NCBI RefSeq assembly: GCF_006345805.1
Contig: NC_043008.1
Span: forward strand, 22,754,001-22,818,000
From: Octopus sinensis
Taxonomy: Eukaryota
Direction: 5' to 3'
DNA: 64,000 nt
Shown: one piece after another, positions 23,196 to 36,588 of the stretch
Layout: every line of letters starts with the position of its first letter
How positions within the stretch are numbered: position 1 is the first letter of the stretch
Notes under the pieces: generated by a model
The model's input: only the letters and a program-made list of their open reading frames with translations
Told to the model about the DNA's origin: nothing
Databases searched by the model: none
Translations under genes and position numbers: made by a program

Positions 23196-23532
23196 ATCCA
23201 GGGATCAAAGTTTAGGAATATTTACCACTTCTGAGGTTCTACTTGCTATGAATCATGAAACACAACCAAAAACCAGCTTTTTTTATATAAGCAATCTCAT
23301 GACTCCAATCCGATACTCCTGTCCACAGCCTATAATCAATTTCCCAGACATACACATACCAAGCCTAATTAACTGTCTCCTACAGAGCTGTATCTACCCC
23401 AGAAAAACAAACTCATTGAAAACTGCACAAAGCTAAAAGGAACCCAAGTGTAGTAATTGTCCGATAAAAAGCTTAGCCGGCTGAAACTTTTAAATTATAT
23501 TGTTGTCCCTCTTCTTGCAAAAGTTTTATACA

Positions 23533-23962
23533 TAGGCACAGGAGTGGCTGTGTGGTAAGTAGCTGGCTTACCAACCACATGGTTCCGGGTTCAGTCCCAC
23601 TGTGTGGCACCTTGGGCAAGTGTCTTCTACTATAGCCTCGGGCCGACCAAAGCCTTGTGAGTGGATTTGGTAGACGGAAACTGAAAGAAGCCCGTCGTAT
23701 ATATGTATATATATATATATTGTGTGTGTGTGTGTGTGTGTGTGTGTATGCATGTATGTTTGTGTGTCTGTGTGTGTCCCCCTAGCATTGCTTGACAACC
23801 GATGCTGGTGTGTTTACGTCCCCGGCACTTAGCGGTTCGGCAAAAGAGACCGATAGAATAAGTACTCGGCTTACAAAAGAATAAGTCCCGGGGTCGATTT
23901 GCTCGACTAAAGGCAGTGCTCCAGCATGGCCGCAGTCAAATGACTGAAACAAGTAAAAGAGT
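23533..23962 (+). mobile_element. SINE family A, full length
   Basis: Matches the family consensus. Confidence 0.85.
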
Positions 23963-24419
23963 ATGTACCCTACAAAAACCCGTTGTCTAATTCTCATTAA
24001 AGTGAAAATACATATATAGGAAAGACTATAAAACTATATGTAAGCATGCATAAAGTTAATGACGCACAAGAATTTTATAATCTTCCTATACACACACACA
24101 TATACTTAGATATGCAGATACATGTATTACAGACACACATAAACATTCATACACACTATATTCTACCCAAAGTTAAATAGGTCAATTTGGTCATTATTGA
24201 GATGAGATTGGTTTAAATTGGTAACTGCCAGCAGTTGCAAAAAGTATTATTATCAGAATATATTTTACTGCTGTGTTGTGGCCTGCTATCATGTTTCACG
24301 ACCCTAATGATAATGGATTCATAAACTGAAATCTACTGAGTGAGAGACTCTCTGGCTAAACATTAAAAAAAAAAAGGCCAGCGTGGCTGCACCAAGCTAA
24401 TTGGAACAAGAGACAGATA

Positions 24420-24965
24420 GACGGAAGGAAGGAAAGAAGGAAAGAAAGAGGAGTGAAGGAAGAAGAAAGAATGCAAAAAGAGGAGAAAGAGAAACAAAGG
24501 GGAAAGGAAGAATGACAGGAAAAAGGAAAGAAAGAAAGAAAGAAAGGAATGAAGAGAGAAAGGAAGGAAGGAAAGAAGGAAAGAAGGAAGGAAGGAAGAG
24601 GAGTGAAGGAAGAAGAAAGAATGTAAAAAGAGGAGAAAGAGAAACAAAGGGGAAAGAAAGAATGAAAGGAAAATGGAAAGAAAGAAAGAGAGAAAGAAAG
24701 GAAGGAAGAGAGAAAGGAAGGAAGGAAGGAAGAGAGAAAGGAAGGAAGGAAGAGAGAAAGGAAGGAAGGAAGGAAGAGAGAAAGGAAGGAAGGAAGAGAG
24801 AAAGGAAGGAAGGAAGGAAGGAAGGAAGAATGTAAAAAGAGGAGAAAGAGAAACAGGGGGAAAGAAAGAATGAAAGAAAAAAGGAAAGAAAACAGGGGAA
24901 AGGAAAGAAAGGAAAAAGGAGACAAAGACAGAAAAAAGAAGAAAGGAAGGAAGAAAGGAAAGGAA
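24420..24965. repeat. Polypurine (GGAA/GAAA)n low-complexity tract with internal duplications
   Basis: About 550 bp almost entirely purine on the + strand. The block aagaatg.aaaaagaggagaaagagaaaca occurs three times. Confidence 0.9.
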
Positions 24966-25714
24966 GCTGATTGGATGAACTGGTGGCTGGATGTGGGTGG
25001 AAGGATGTGTGTGTGTGTGTGTGTGTGTTTATATATTTGTTTTCTGTATGTTCAATACAGTTGCAACACAGTTATCTTTTTTACTTCTTACTTGCGGGTC
25101 AGGCTGGGGCCTTGCTTTGCCTGGCCTGGCAGGGTTTGCTCAAATGAATCGACCCCAGTACCAATTTTTGTAAACCTGGTACTCAACGTCTCTGTCAAGA
25201 GGAAGTTGAAGAATGAATTTCTTAATAAGAAAAGAACTCTCTGGCCAAACAAAAAAGGTCGGCATGGCCACACCAAACTCATTGGAACCAGTAAATAAAT
25301 AAAGCAAGAAAAAGGAAGGAAAGAAATAGAAGAAAGAACTCATAAGTGGTTGAGTATTCCAGATACATGTGTATCCTTAAAGGAAGCCTCAGGCAGGGAT
25401 TAGGACCCCATATGAGAAATCCATATCAGGCCAATTACCCCATTAGGACAATTTCCCCCAACAACAACAGCAACCCTCAGGACAATTACCCCCACCTGGA
25501 CAATTACCCACTCTCCAAAATATTAAGAAGTTTTAAATCATCATCTAAAGGTTCAAATTATATGCAATTCCTTGCAAATATTGTATCACATTTATGTTTC
25601 CATAATTGTTAATTACAGCATTAATAAGGGTTGAAACACCTAAATATTTCTCTCTAGATGGCTGTTTAGCAAATCCCGTCAAGGATCGAGTCTATAAAAC
25701 ACATTGGTATTTAA

Positions 25715-26160
25715 CCCTTTAGCATTCAGATTATTCTATCAAAAGTAATGCTTATTTATTCACATAGTTTTAAATTAACCCTTTAGTGTTCAGATTACTC
25801 TGTTAAATCTAATACTTTTCCACTCAAATTGTTTTGAATTAATCATGCATTATCTTATAGCTTTGAGGTTTCAATGATGTGGTTGTTTATTTTTAGAATG
25901 TCAATGTAGGTTAGGTGTGAGAGGCTAGATTTGGCCAGTTTGAATATAAAATATGTGGAATATTTGGGCCGGATATGGCCAGTTTAAACACTAAAGGGTT
26001 AATCCTGCATTATCTTGTAGCTTTGAGATTTTGAAGAAGTAACTATTCATTTTTAGAATGATATAGTAGGGCTGGTGTGGGGGGGCCAGATCTGGCCAAT
26101 TTGAACGTAAAACAGGGGAGAATATTTTGGCCGGATGTGGCCGGTTTAAATGCTAAAGGG
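25715..26160. mobile_element. Nested piggyBac-type MITEs (self-insertion)
   Basis: The outer element is bounded by TTAA at 25711-25714 and 26161-26164. A related inner copy (25779-25998) is bounded by TTAA at 25775-25778 and 25999-26002. Both have CCCTTT/AAAGGG ends. Confidence 0.8.
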
Positions 26161-27588
26161 TTAAGCTGCAGAGCCAAATTTTGGGGAAAATTTTGGCTTT
26201 ACCACACGTTGTGGTGCACCTGAGCACTGTATACAATAATTTCATTATTATTATATTATTATAAATCACACTGGTGTCGAAAGAGCACCAGTATCTAAAA
26301 GACCAATAAAGCTATGGGTCCACAGCTAGCTTTTTTGTTGTTGACATGTATGTAGCTTCAAAATGCCTTATCTTACAACTATGAAATGTATTGTTATTGT
26401 TATGATTTTTTTCTTAAAATAATCAACAACAAACACATTTCGTCAATATAAAACTTTTTATCAGATTAAAAATATTATCAAAACATGAAGGTAAAACAAA
26501 ACAAATATGCTTTGGGCACCAATGTTCTGTAGCAATAGTCTTTCTCACTGTTCACCAACCGACCTTTCCTCAGATAAAAGTGGAATCATTCAATCTCCAT
26601 ACTCAAATCATTTTCCTCCTGAGTTTTATAAAAAATACACATTAGGTGCACCTTTCTCTAAGCCACATACTAAATTTCCCAGGTGGAAAATAGCAGTTTA
26701 TATCCTGGAAAATACAGGACACATCAGGGGTTAACTGTTTAGAGGTAATTGTCCTAGGGGGTTGTTGTCCTCAGGGGTAACTGTCCTGGGCGGGGGGGTA
26801 TTTTCCATGGAGGGTAAATTTCCTAGACTCGATAAACTAGACTGGAAAATGTAATCTACAGTGTGATGCTCCATTAAGTGAAACTATGGTTTGTCTTGCA
26901 CAGTGGGGCAAAGGATTCTCACACCATTTTGGAATTACTTAAATACAGGGCAAGGTGAATATATCGTCTAAATTATACTAAAAATTGACACCCAAACACT
27001 CTGAAATGTTCATACTGAAGCTTCCAGCACCAAAGCCAAGCAGTACAGCATGTCATTTCCAAATTTCTAGCTGAGTGAATTGCGCCATTGCAGCATGGTG
27101 CTATTTTACTCAAAGATGGTGCCCAGCTGACCCTACTATACTGTGTAGTTGACAAAATCAAAAACAAATAATGCGCATGCACGAAATAAAAAATATAAAA
27201 TGGCAACAACTCATTCAGAGTTGACTTGAAACTAAAAGTTAGCCCAAAAGGATACTATGGATAGAACATGTTTGATACTCTTTTACTATTTTACTTGTTT
27301 CAGTCATTTGACTGCGGCCATGCTGGAGCACCACCTTTAGTCGAGCAAATCGACTCCAGGACTTATTCGTTGTAAGCCCAGTACTTATTCTATTGGTCTC
27401 TTTTGCTGAACTGCTAAGTAACGGGGACGTAACCACACCAGCACCGGTTGTCAAGTGATGTTGGGGGACAAACACAGACACACAAACACACACACATATA
27501 TACGATGGGGTTCTTCTCAGTCTATCAAATCCACTCACAAATCCTTAACCATTCAACCACACTGTTGCCAACTGAATACATGAACAAT

Positions 27589-28013
27589 AGGCGCAGGAGT
27601 GGCTGTGTGGTAAGTAGCTTGTTTACCAACCACATGGTTCCGGTTCAGTCCCACTGCATGGCACCTTGGGCAAGTGTCTTCTACTATAGCCTCAGGCCGA
27701 CCAAAGCCTTGTGACTGGATATGGTAGACGGAAACTGAAAGAAGCCCGTCGTATATATGTATATATATATATGTGTGTGTGTGTTTGTGTGTCTGTGTTT
27801 GTCCCCCCTAGCATTGCTTGACAACCGATGCTGGTGTGTTTACGTCCCCGTTACTTAGCGGTTTGGCAAAAGAGACCGATAGAATAAGTACTGGGCTTAC
27901 AAAAGAATAAGTCCCGGGGGGGGGGGGGGAATCGAGTTGCTCGATTAAAGGCGGTGCCCCAGCATGGCCGCAGTCAAATGACTGAAACAAGTAAAAGAGT
28001 AGAAGAGTAAAGA
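27589..28013 (+). mobile_element. SINE family A, full length (a partial opposite-strand copy lies at 27277-27540)
   Basis: Matches the family consensus. Confidence 0.85.
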
Positions 28014-28563
28014 GAATGTATCTGACCTGGTGGCTAAGTAATGATGATAGAGACGAGTGTGTGTGTGTATGTGTGTGTTCGTGTGCATATCGTGTGTATG
28101 TGTGTGCGAGTGCATATCACTTCAAGGTCACTTGCCATTTTTCTCTTCTCCTTTCCCACCACTTTTAGCTTTAGCTGTGATCATAGATGTGTGTGTGGTG
28201 ATGGGGGAAAATAGGGGGCATTGGGTTTGAAAGCATTGTGGCCTTATTGTGCTTGTTCTCTCTTTCTCTGATGACACATTTCAGCAAAACAACTCAAACA
28301 ATAAACTAAACTAAACTAAACTAAAATAAAATAAAATAAAACAAGTGCTTGTCAATGGTGAGTTGCTAATCAAAGCTGTTCTGATGTTGTTACAAAATGG
28401 ATTGTGTAGGGTGGCAGGGAGCAGTCAAAGTCAGAAATAGAATCACTGATTTCAAATAAAGGGAATATGTGTGCAGAATGTTGTGAGTAACCACATTTGT
28501 AATGGGCACTCGCCATGCATGCCTACCCTTACTCATTCAGTGCTTTGCCTACCATTAACGTAT

Positions 28564-28975
28564 ACTCTTTACTCTTTTACTTGTTTCAGTCATTTGACTG
28601 TGGCCATACTGGAGCACCGCCTTTAATCGATCAACTCGACCCCCCCGGGACTTATTCTTTTGTAAGCCCAGTACTTATTCTATCGGACTCTTTTGCCGAA
28701 CCGCTAAGTAACGGGGACGCAAACACACCAGCATCGGTTGTCAAGCAATGCTAGGGGGACAAACACAGACACACAACACACACATGCATATATATATATA
28801 TATACATATATACGCCAGGATTCTTTTCAGTTTCCGTCTACCATATCCACTCACAAGGGTTTGGTCGGCCCGAGCTATAGTAGAAGACACTTGCCCAAGG
28901 TGCCACGCAGTGGGACTGAACCCGGAACCATGTGGTTGGTTAACAAGCTACTTACCACACAGCCACTCCTGTGCC
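28564..28975 (-). mobile_element. SINE family A, full length
   Basis: Matches the family consensus. Confidence 0.85.
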
Positions 28976-29536
28976 ATTCAAGCAGACATATAATCAAAAG
29001 TTATCCAACTGTGACCACCACCACAGTGTTGTTCTTCTTCTTGGTGTTCAGTCATATTTTACAGCAGCTGACCCTATCCAATACATTCTCATTTTAAGAT
29101 AGTACACAGGGTGTAGTTTCAGGGAGAATTAGCTGCTAATTTTAACATGTCAAGTAACCTCACACAGGGTCCATCATTGGCACCATATATGCATGGAAGA
29201 ATGCATCCATACATTCATAGCACCAATGAGAAACCCTGTGTAAAGTCACTTGCATATTGGGCAAGTAGGCAGGTATTTAATATGCTACAATCAGTAAATC
29301 AATATAGAACCAAGCCTTCTTCTCTTGTCTTGCCTATTGACTTCCTCACATGCAGCATTCTTTAATGGCTTTTTGTTGTGGGGAAAGTTCAAAAGACCAG
29401 TTGTAAAATGCAGTGAGCTTCAATGGCAACAGTTACTTCCTCGAAAATTTTATAAAAGATTTTGTAAGTCAATATTACTTTGCATTTACAGTCTACTAAC
29501 TCTATCGTTCAATAATCCATACACAAGAATAAGAAA

Positions 29537-29928
29537 TCTCTATACATATAAAGCCAAAGTTGTCTGTGTGTGGCAGGTTTCGTAGCCTTCAACTAACACT
29601 GTTTCCTCTGAGACCCTGCAGCATAAGTTGACCAAAATTGAGAGTATGATAGAAGAAGGCTTGCTCTTCCTTCTGTAGAAGAAAAAATTCAAATCAGACC
29701 ATGTTAAGACCAAAAATTATTTACATCAAAAGGTGCTTTTTTTCTATGAAAATCCCAATTTTTCAATGATTTTTTTACTGCTGTGTCACCATTTTTCAGT
29801 GTATTTCAACCAGAAAAATGTTCACTTAAAGAGAATAACAAGCTACATAATGCAAAATTTTTACTTTTCAAAAATTCCAATTCTGAAGGGTTGAAACAAA
29901 CCCAAGCAATACTGGGCGATACTGCTAG
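29537..29928 (+). mobile_element. Non-autonomous Helitron
   Basis: Reads A|TCTCTATACATATAAAG ... ccca-agcaatac-tggg hairpin ... CTAG|T. Confidence 0.8.
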
Positions 29929-30238
29929 TACTATATATTTTATCTTTTATCTGTTTCAGTAGCTGAACTGTGATCATGCTGGGCATCATCTTGAAGAGTT
30001 TAGTCAAACAAACCGTCCTCAGTATTTTATCGGTCTCTTATTCCAAACCACTAAGTTATGGCGAAGTAAGCAAACCAACACCAGTAGTCAGGCAGTGGTG
30101 GTGGCAATGGAACAAAGAAAAGGACACACATGCATACATTATCTGGTTGAAAAATTGCATAAATGACTCACAGCCCTAGAGTTGTTTATGTATCATGTCA
30201 GCTGATTAAAATACATATATATCCTCATCAATGTTTAA

Positions 30239-30749
30239 CCCTTTCATTACCAACCCGGCTGAAACCGCTCTGGCTCTGAGCACAAATGTCTTGTTTTCAT
30301 AAGTTTTGAATTAAAATCTTTCACAAAACCTTAGTCACAATTTATGATCCTAACACTAGCTGAATGACTACTAAGTTATTTTTACTAAATTCTTTGTTAT
30401 ATTTAAAGTAATTGGAAGAAATACAGAGCATCTCAACAGAAATATAATAACGAAAGGGTTCAGGTGATCTAAGTTAAAAACCTTCCTTCAAAATTTTAGG
30501 TTAATTTATATTACAAACACCTGCTTAACCCTTTTGATACCAACCTGGCTGAAACCGCCTCTGGTTCTGAATACAAATGTTCTGTTTTCATAAGTTTTGA
30601 ATTAAAATCTTTCACAAAACTTTAGTCACAATTTATGATCCTAACACTAGCTGAATGACAACTAAGTTATTTTTACTAAATTCTTTGTTATATTTAAAAT
30701 AATTAAAAGAAACACAGAGCATCTCAAAATAAATACAATAATGAAAGGG
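30239..30749. mobile_element. Two adjacent piggyBac-type MITE copies
   Basis: 30239-30458 and 30529-30749 are similar, with CCCTTT...AAAGGG ends. The second has TTAA on both sides. Confidence 0.75.
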
Positions 30750-31429
30750 TTAACAGCCATGCTCCATGTTGGTTTGGGTTGGACAGTTTGACAGGATTCA
30801 ATGGAACTGAGGACTGCAACATGTTCCAGATGTCTGCTTTGGCATGGTTTCTATGGCTGGATGTCCGTCCTAACACTGACTCCTTTATAGAGTACACTGA
30901 GAACTTTTTTTGGGGTATCTGCTCTAATCAGATAATGTGGCGCACAAGTATAAAGAGCACCTTCTAATGGGTATGAGTAGGAGACATGGGTAGCCACCGT
31001 TAAGTAGAGGTGTTTGTAGAGTGATGGGCAGTAATTTTAACCAATGGTATATCAACAATTATGCTTGTTTGGGCAAACGACCAATACATCACATTGCTGC
31101 CTTTTATGACTTACTACAGACCAATTATGACTGGACAATTTGAGATGTTGAAATACCTATTTCATCAGACAAAACTTGATTGGTTGATTTAAGATGATGG
31201 AATATTGCATCTGAACTATGCAGCAATGAATAATGTAATTTATTTCAAAGGTATGTTTCTATGATGTAAATGAAATAATGCATACACGTCATTAATTGGA
31301 ATTTCTGTATAATGCATGAGCTGCAACCAAAAAACTTTCTTATCTTGAAAACTGTGCATGACGTCAAAGAACTGTTTGTATTTTTGTATATTTTCCATGA
31401 GTATCTTTCATAGGCAATGGCATGAAGTA

Positions 31430-31997
31430 AAAGATGCTTTCAATTGGATATGTGAGAACTTCTTGGGAAACAAGAAGGCAATGGGCTACAAGGCTGGCAT
31501 CAAGAATCTTCTGAAATGATACTCAGCAATGGGTTGTCATATGTCACTGACAGTTCACTTCTTGGACTCCCATCTGGATTTTCTTCGCAGATAGCCTTGG
31601 AGCAGTGTCTGATGAACATGGTGAAAGATTTCACCAGAAGATTAGTGCTATGAGGAAACAGTACCAAGGCTTCTGGAGAGACGGTATGCTGGCAGAACCA
31701 TTAGCACGCCGGGCGAAATGCTTAGCGGTATTTCGTCTGCCGTTACGTTCTGAGTTCAAATTCCACCGAGGTCGACTTTGTCTTTCATCCTTTCGGGATC
31801 GATAAATTAAGTACCAGTTACGCACTGGGGTCGATATAATCGACTTAATACCTATGTCTGTCCTAGTTTGTCCCCTCTATGTTTAGTCCCTTGTGGGTAA
31901 TAAAGAAATAGGTATGCTGGCTGACTACTGCTGGACACTTTACCGTGATCAACCAGATCAGGAACACCACAGGAAATCCAAACCACAATGTTTCTAA
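31430..31997 (+). mobile_element. Chapaev-like (CMC) DNA transposase C-terminal relic, interrupted by a SINE
   Basis: Reads ENFLGNKK...MGCHMSLTVHFLDSHLDF..LGAVSDEHGERFHQKISAMRKQYQGFWRDGMLA|DYCWTL, with a stop and a frameshift. The family assignment is from a recalled motif. Confidence 0.75.
31694..31910 (+). mobile_element. SINE family B with 11-bp TSD
   Basis: TSD ggtatgctggc at 31683-31693 and 31911-31921. Removing the SINE restores GMLADYCW. Confidence 0.9.
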
Positions 31998-33819
31998 CTC
32001 TGTTGTTCTAACTTTGTTTTGTCTGACCCATTTTTTGTGTATTCACTCTTTGTAGAATGAAATTGATGATTTTTAACTCAATAAACTCATTTACTTTCTA
32101 AAGACAATATGTCCTTATTTATTGCGTTTCATATATACAAATATGTAAATATCTGCATGTATCTAATGAAAAAACCGATACGTGCTGCATACAAATGGAG
32201 TGAAATTTTGAAATCAGCATGAAAAACGAGCCTATAATAGTTGGTTTGCATTCATAATGAGTATAATAAACCAGTGTAATTATCTATCCATGTGTTACAA
32301 TATGGATCCTCGTTCACTTGTACGTTGTTGTTGGCACTGTAATATTCTTGCTGCCACTATTATGGTACACGCTTAGATAAGTACATACACGCATATATGC
32401 ACACTAACATAGTATACATACATACAGGGACAAAACCAGATATACATGCATGTACATATAAGGAAAGCCAAGTATTGAAGGGAATGTTGAAATTTGAAAA
32501 TGCTATTAAGGAAATATACTTCATAATGTAAGAGGAGACGGTATAGATAAATAGGGAGGGGGAAGATAAAGCAAAGTTAAAAGAGAGAGTGGGGAGAGGA
32601 GCAGGTGCGATTGGATGGATAAAGGAAGGGAAGAAAGAAAGAATGGAGGAATAAAGGTTACTGGGAAGTAAGGATAAATAATAAAGAAAAAATAAAGAAA
32701 AAGTAAAGGATAATTTGCAGAAATTATTGTTAGGTGAGGGGTAGACACTATGTGAAAAAAGCAAAGGAATGTTTACATCTGTAAACTCGCTCTGTAAACA
32801 AGTTCACCAGATTATGTTTGGAAAAGAGTATTGAAAATTGTTCCTCCATGCAAAGTGGATAGAAAGATTTCCCTTTGTCATAGGGAAATGATATAGATAA
32901 AATTTTCCAGTGTAAAGAAAGTTTTCCAGTCTAAAGAAAAAAACTTGTTAGAGTCTTATTTAGGACATATTTTGGATGCATCCATCGAAACATATGTAGG
33001 AGATATGAAGATAATAATGATTTAATAACATCTTGAACGTTTGTCTCCATTTTCTATTTTTTCCTATTTCTCTACTAAATACATCTTGTTTGTTCCCAGA
33101 TTCAAATCCCACACGTGTGTGTCCATTGTTTCCTAGGACACTTAAGCAACATTTAGCTACCTTGGAATTATTCCCTCGGATCCTTCCTATATATTGTACA
33201 CTTATGTGTGTGTGTGTGTGTGTGTGTGCGTGCATGTGTGAGTGTGTGTTACTGTCACCTTGCCTTGATATCATGGGACAGTTGTAAATAATTGTCACTA
33301 TCATAAAAGTCATGTCCTTCATTTCCAATGTTCTGTGAAAATATGTCTGGCCATGGGGGAAATATTACCTTACGCGGAGACAGGTGAGGGTTGGTGACAA
33401 GGAAGGATATCTAGCTGTAGAAAATCCCGCTCAAGAAAATTCAGTCCATGCAAGCTTGGAAAGTGGACATTAAGATGATGGTGATGATGATGATACGCAT
33501 TGTTGAATGCCATTTGCATTTACCTCAATATTTGAGTTGCAAATATAAGAAATGACAGGTAACAGCCAGTATTTGTCATAGGTCATTGGCCGTTGAAGGA
33601 ATAAACAGTCAGACAATTAACTATAGATAAAAACAAGCAACTGTGGGTGTAAATGTTATCAGATGGTCACATGAAATCTTTTCATTACAAATGCAGAAAA
33701 CAGATAACAGATACTTGCCTGTTGGAGACTCACTTCTTATCAGGAATTAAATAACAAGCACCCCTCTGCATTATCTGTGTCTGGTTCAAAACTTTAAAGC
33801 TGTTTTGCCATCATTGTTG

Positions 33820-34550
33820 ATATGATTAAAGCCGAGAATTTTTACAGACGATGGAGGTGGGACAGGGTGGAGTTTGGTAGAGAGGGCTGTGTACAAGAGA
33901 CAAGGTGCAGGAGATTACCTCGGACAGACTCAACACAGGCAAAGAACAAACGTACAAATTCTTCTGGTTGGGTACCATGATGGGGTAGCCAGTGTAGGTA
34001 TATCGTTCCACTACACTCTTGGAGTGGTTGGCATATTAGGAAAGGCATCCAGCCGTAGAAACCTTGCCAAATTGGACTGGAACTCGGTGCAGCACTCCAG
34101 CTTACCAGTTTTCAGTCAAACCATCCAAATCATGCCAGCATGGAAAGCAGATGTCTGATGAGGATGATGATAGAAATAGATAATAAAGGAAAATGAGGTT
34201 ATCAAAATATGTGATAAAATAACTTAATTATAGACATTACAGTGACTATTATGTCTGCATATGCACTGGCAGTTGAACACAACTGCTTTTTTGAATCTAT
34301 ACTGTAAACTAACTCCATAACAAGCAACAGTAGACTCACTATCAAGGTCAGCAATTTTAGCAGCAATGTTGAACAATATCATGATGGCTGCTCTTGCATA
34401 CATGGAGGTTACAGATGTGATGCAAAAAATTAGGCTGGACCACAGCTCCTAGAAGGATCAAAGTCTCTGGAGGGACCAAGGCTCTCTGAAGCAAACGACT
34501 TCAGGAAATTAAACAGCAATCTGATCACCTGGTAATCAGGTGAGCACACA
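33820..34550 (+). mobile_element. Highly degenerate RTE endonuclease region, interrupted by an RTE 3' fragment
   Basis: Reads TGKEQTYKFFWLGYHDGVASVGI, and later HGGY...LLE...NDFRK..NLITW*SGEHT, paralleling the ORF at 45903-46600. Confidence 0.65.
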
Positions 34551-34558
34551 CTGTAGAC

Positions 34559-34759
34559 CAGTGGTTTTCAACCAGGGTTCCACCAGTACAGTCCAAGGGT
34601 TCCGCAAGAAGTTACAAAACTGCTAAAATCGGCAGTAATTTTTAATTCTCCTGTGCAGATATGTGTGCATAAGACTATTAAATTATTGCATAGGGGTTCC
34701 TCGAGCCAGTGGAATGTTTCCTTGGGGTTCCGCTCCAGCAAAAAGTTTTAAAAGCGCTG
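34559..34759. mobile_element. hAT MITE, same family as 22623-22841, opposite orientation
   Basis: TIRs cagtggttttcaa / ttaaaagcgctg, with TSD ctgtagac at 34551-34558 and 34760-34767. Confidence 0.9.
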
Positions 34760-35829
34760 CTGTAGACACTTCATACTCCCCAAGAAATGGAATAGATAGA
34801 GACAGATGGCTGAAAATACCAATTCTTTTTCTCGGAAGAGGAATATGCCACATTGAGTGACACATTGTAAATTATGACTTCAAAATAAGAGTTAAATAGA
34901 GTCAAAGACAGAGGACAACCTGAAAAAAGAAGACATTAAAGGTAAAAGAGTCCTTGACTAGTCACAGACTCTGAGAAACTTGAGTCGACATATTTAACAG
35001 AATAGAGTAGGAGACAGGAACTTAGAACATAGAGGATCAGTGGCATTTTCTTTTTTGATGGCACACTAAAATCCCCTTCCCTTTGGCCTTCACAAAACAA
35101 CAGTATGTTCTTTTTATTCTTGCTTGTTCTTGGAGAAATTCCCCAGGTAAGGAGATAGATACGTACATCTGCCTTTACACTATGAATGTCTAAATCAACG
35201 ATGGACTCTCCTGTCAAAGACAGCATATGAGTGATCAGCTTTCTTGTTGAATGACCTGCACGAATGATTCGCTTATAGTGATCAAATGAATGTGCTGTAC
35301 ATTAACTCATTCATCATCATCATCATCATCATCGTTTAACGTCCGCTTTCCATGCTAGCATGGGTTGGACGAATAACTGAGGGCTGCTGAACCAGATGGC
35401 TGCACCAGGCTTCAATCTTGATCTGGCAGAGTTTCTACATCTGGATGCCCTTCCTAACGCCAACCACTCTGAGAGTGTAGTGGGTGCTTTTACGTGCCAC
35501 CGGCATGGGGCCAGTCAAGCGGTACTGTATGTCAGGTGTACCGTATGTCAGGTGTCAAAGTGATTGCACAACCATGTGAGATGAAGCGTTTTGCTTGAGA
35601 ACAAAAGACACCACCCAGTCGAGGAATTGAAACCATGATCTTGTGATCACGAGTGCAACACTAACTGTTAGGCCATACTGTCACTATTTTCAGCCAAAAT
35701 CATTATCCTTTTCCTTTGTGTACATGTCTAGTTGTTCAATGTTGCTACCTTCAGTCCTTTTTTGTTTTGTTTTTTTCATTTTTGTTTTCACCTGTTCGGT
35801 GGCTCTTAGTTAAGATAGTATATCTGCAG

Positions 35830-36250
35830 ACATAATGAAATCCACAATTACGTGGAAACAAAAAGCAATAGAAAAGTATGACACCAAACCAAACTGGTTA
35901 CAGTTATCTAGAATATGCCTGTCTAGAATGACAGGCAAACTGAGGCAAAATGTCAAGATACAATTATCAAAGACAAATAGAAAAAAATCTCTGTATTCTG
36001 TTAGACATGCAGAGTCCTTCTGACCAAAACATTACCCAGGAATAGGTAAAGAGACTGTCAAAGGAGAAGGATTTTCGAATCAAACTAAGCAAGACGTAAA
36101 CTATGAAATTGAAAACAGCACCAACAAATAATACTCGGAGTATTTTAAGTATGATAGAGAATATGCAAACATAAAAACAATATCAGGGTTCATAACTGTA
36201 CCAGGTACTAAAAGTAGCCCTTTTAAGCACACCTAACTTCCCATTTAAGA
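35830..36250 (+). mobile_element. Degenerate R4/Dong-like LINE C-terminus (restriction-like endonuclease)
   Basis: Broken translation DTIIKDK*KK..CILLDMQSPSDQNITQE*VKRLSK...LKVALLST resembles the PD-x-D..K..KY RLE domain. Confidence 0.55.
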
Positions 36251-36289
36251 TACTTTCAATTCAATGGTACAACCCCCACCATTTTTTTG

Positions 36290-36588
36290 TTCCTTCTAGT
36301 GCCATCCCTGGCTCATTAGGGCCGGTTTCCCGGATTCCTTGGCGTATAGGTTCCCCACCTGGACGGGACGCCGGTCCGTTGCAGGTGAGCTGCAAGATGC
36401 AGGAGGAAAGAGTGAGAGAACGTTGTGGCGAAAGATTCAGCAGAAGTTCGCCATTACCTTTTGCCGGAGCCGCGTGGAGCTTAGGTGTTTCGCTCATAAA
36501 CACACATACACATCGCCCAGTCTGAGATTTGAACCCATGATCCCTCGACCGCGAGTCCGCTGCTCTAACCACTAGGCCATGTGCCTCC
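36290..36588 (-). mobile_element. SINE family C (tRNA head)
   Basis: The minus strand has an A box (tggcctagtggttag) and a B box (ggttcaaatct). Related copies lie at 47805-48052, 51925-52256 and 56447-56775. Confidence 0.8.

Noticed and set aside
24356-25298. Long K/E/R/G-rich and F/S/L-rich ORFs
   Set aside because: They are translations of a (GGAA)n low-complexity tract.
31603-31640. CTGATGA-acatggt-GAAA hammerhead-like core
   Set aside because: It is the coding sequence of the transposase motif SDEHGERF, and stems I and III do not form.
34945-34992. Possible hammerhead (…GAAA cttgag TC gac)
   Set aside because: The upstream core (ttgacta) deviates without compensation and the stems are too weak.
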